Below, piece after piece: positions 63,323-64,000 of a DNA stretch of 64,000 nt (positions within the stretch are counted from its first letter, which is position 1; each line of letters begins with the position of its first letter). The stretch spans positions 95,976,001 through 96,040,000 of the forward strand of contig OZ287749.1 of the NCBI GenBank assembly GCA_965649765.1, written 5' to 3'. The stretch comes from Bispira polyomma. Lineage: Eukaryota. The notes under the pieces were generated by a model that ran no database searches, was not told the DNA's origin, and saw nothing but the letters and a program-made list of their open reading frames with translations. Both the position numbers and the translations under genes were made by a program.

Positions 63323-64000
63323 TGTCATTAATACATACTGTGAAATCTGAATTCTATGATTGGAACAACTTTGGGCGGATGAGATATTGTTTGACTACCG
63401 GTAATAGAAGTTTCATAAAATAGAAGAGGTATTGTACTAAAATATTAGCTGAATACAATGGTGAAAGCTTAGATTTGGGACAGTGAAATTGAGTTCACAA
63501 AATGAAATATTTGGATAATCAAAGTTCAGATAATAGCTTAATAGAGTCTTTGTGGTATATGTATAGAAGTAGCATCTAGGGTTAAATAGCTTATGAATTT
63601 GTATTTATAGGTATGATTTGAAAATTAAAAGCTATGAATTAACAGTAGAGGTAGTTTACCGAATGTAATACTAATATTGTAGTATTCAATTTATCAGACT
63701 GAAGAGATAAATCTGTGTACAGTATCAGTATGTACATGCAAATTATCCTAATTAAGCGTCCCTTGAAAAGGGCGTTTATTTGGTTTCACCTCTGGTTTCC
63801 TCACTGCCTCCGCCTCTGCCGCCGTCGCATGGTCTTCCTTGAATATCTCCTTCAATATTATCTGTATCAAAATTATTTTTGGCAGTTCTCTTAACCAGGA
63901 GTGGGAATTTTTTTTCAAATTCTTGGCTTTGAACTGTGGCTTACTTAAATGTCAGGTGACCCTGGGGGTGTAAAAGTGCTTGTCACTAGGTTTTCTCAGA

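Noticed and set aside
63740-64000. Possible Helitron/Helentron-like repeat start at the window end
   Set aside because: Truncated by the window edge, with no diagnostic termini visible.

Overview
AT-rich, intron-containing animal genomic DNA, probably a lophotrochozoan and possibly a mollusc, judging by SINE/MITE style (inference). It holds three host genes. (1) An NHL-repeat beta-propeller ORF (1879-2751,+). (2) A complete serine palmitoyltransferase LCB2/SPTLC2 gene on the minus strand, which I reconstructed by hand as 13 coding exons (38499 to 13824, 561 aa, PLP motif GTFTKSFG). (3) The 5' part of a divergently oriented probable reticulon (53646 onward,+), with a 30-nt microexon. Introns and the intergenic block carry L2-type LINEs, tRNA-derived SINEs, and Tc1/mariner-, hAT-, Harbinger-, Mutator- and Kolobok-type non-autonomous elements, several of them nested. 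The standout is a ~7.2-kb L1/Tx1-clade retrotransposon (about 40559-47750,+). Its ORF1 (coiled coil-RRM-CTD) is fused in frame to a C-terminal NADAR/YbiA-family domain, a fold known for ADP-ribose/N-glycosidase chemistry and as the DarT1 antitoxin. This suggests a retrotransposon carrying its own nucleic-acid de-ADP-ribosylation (counter-defence) module. That function is inference and its novelty is unchecked. All coordinates were read by eye and no database searches were run.
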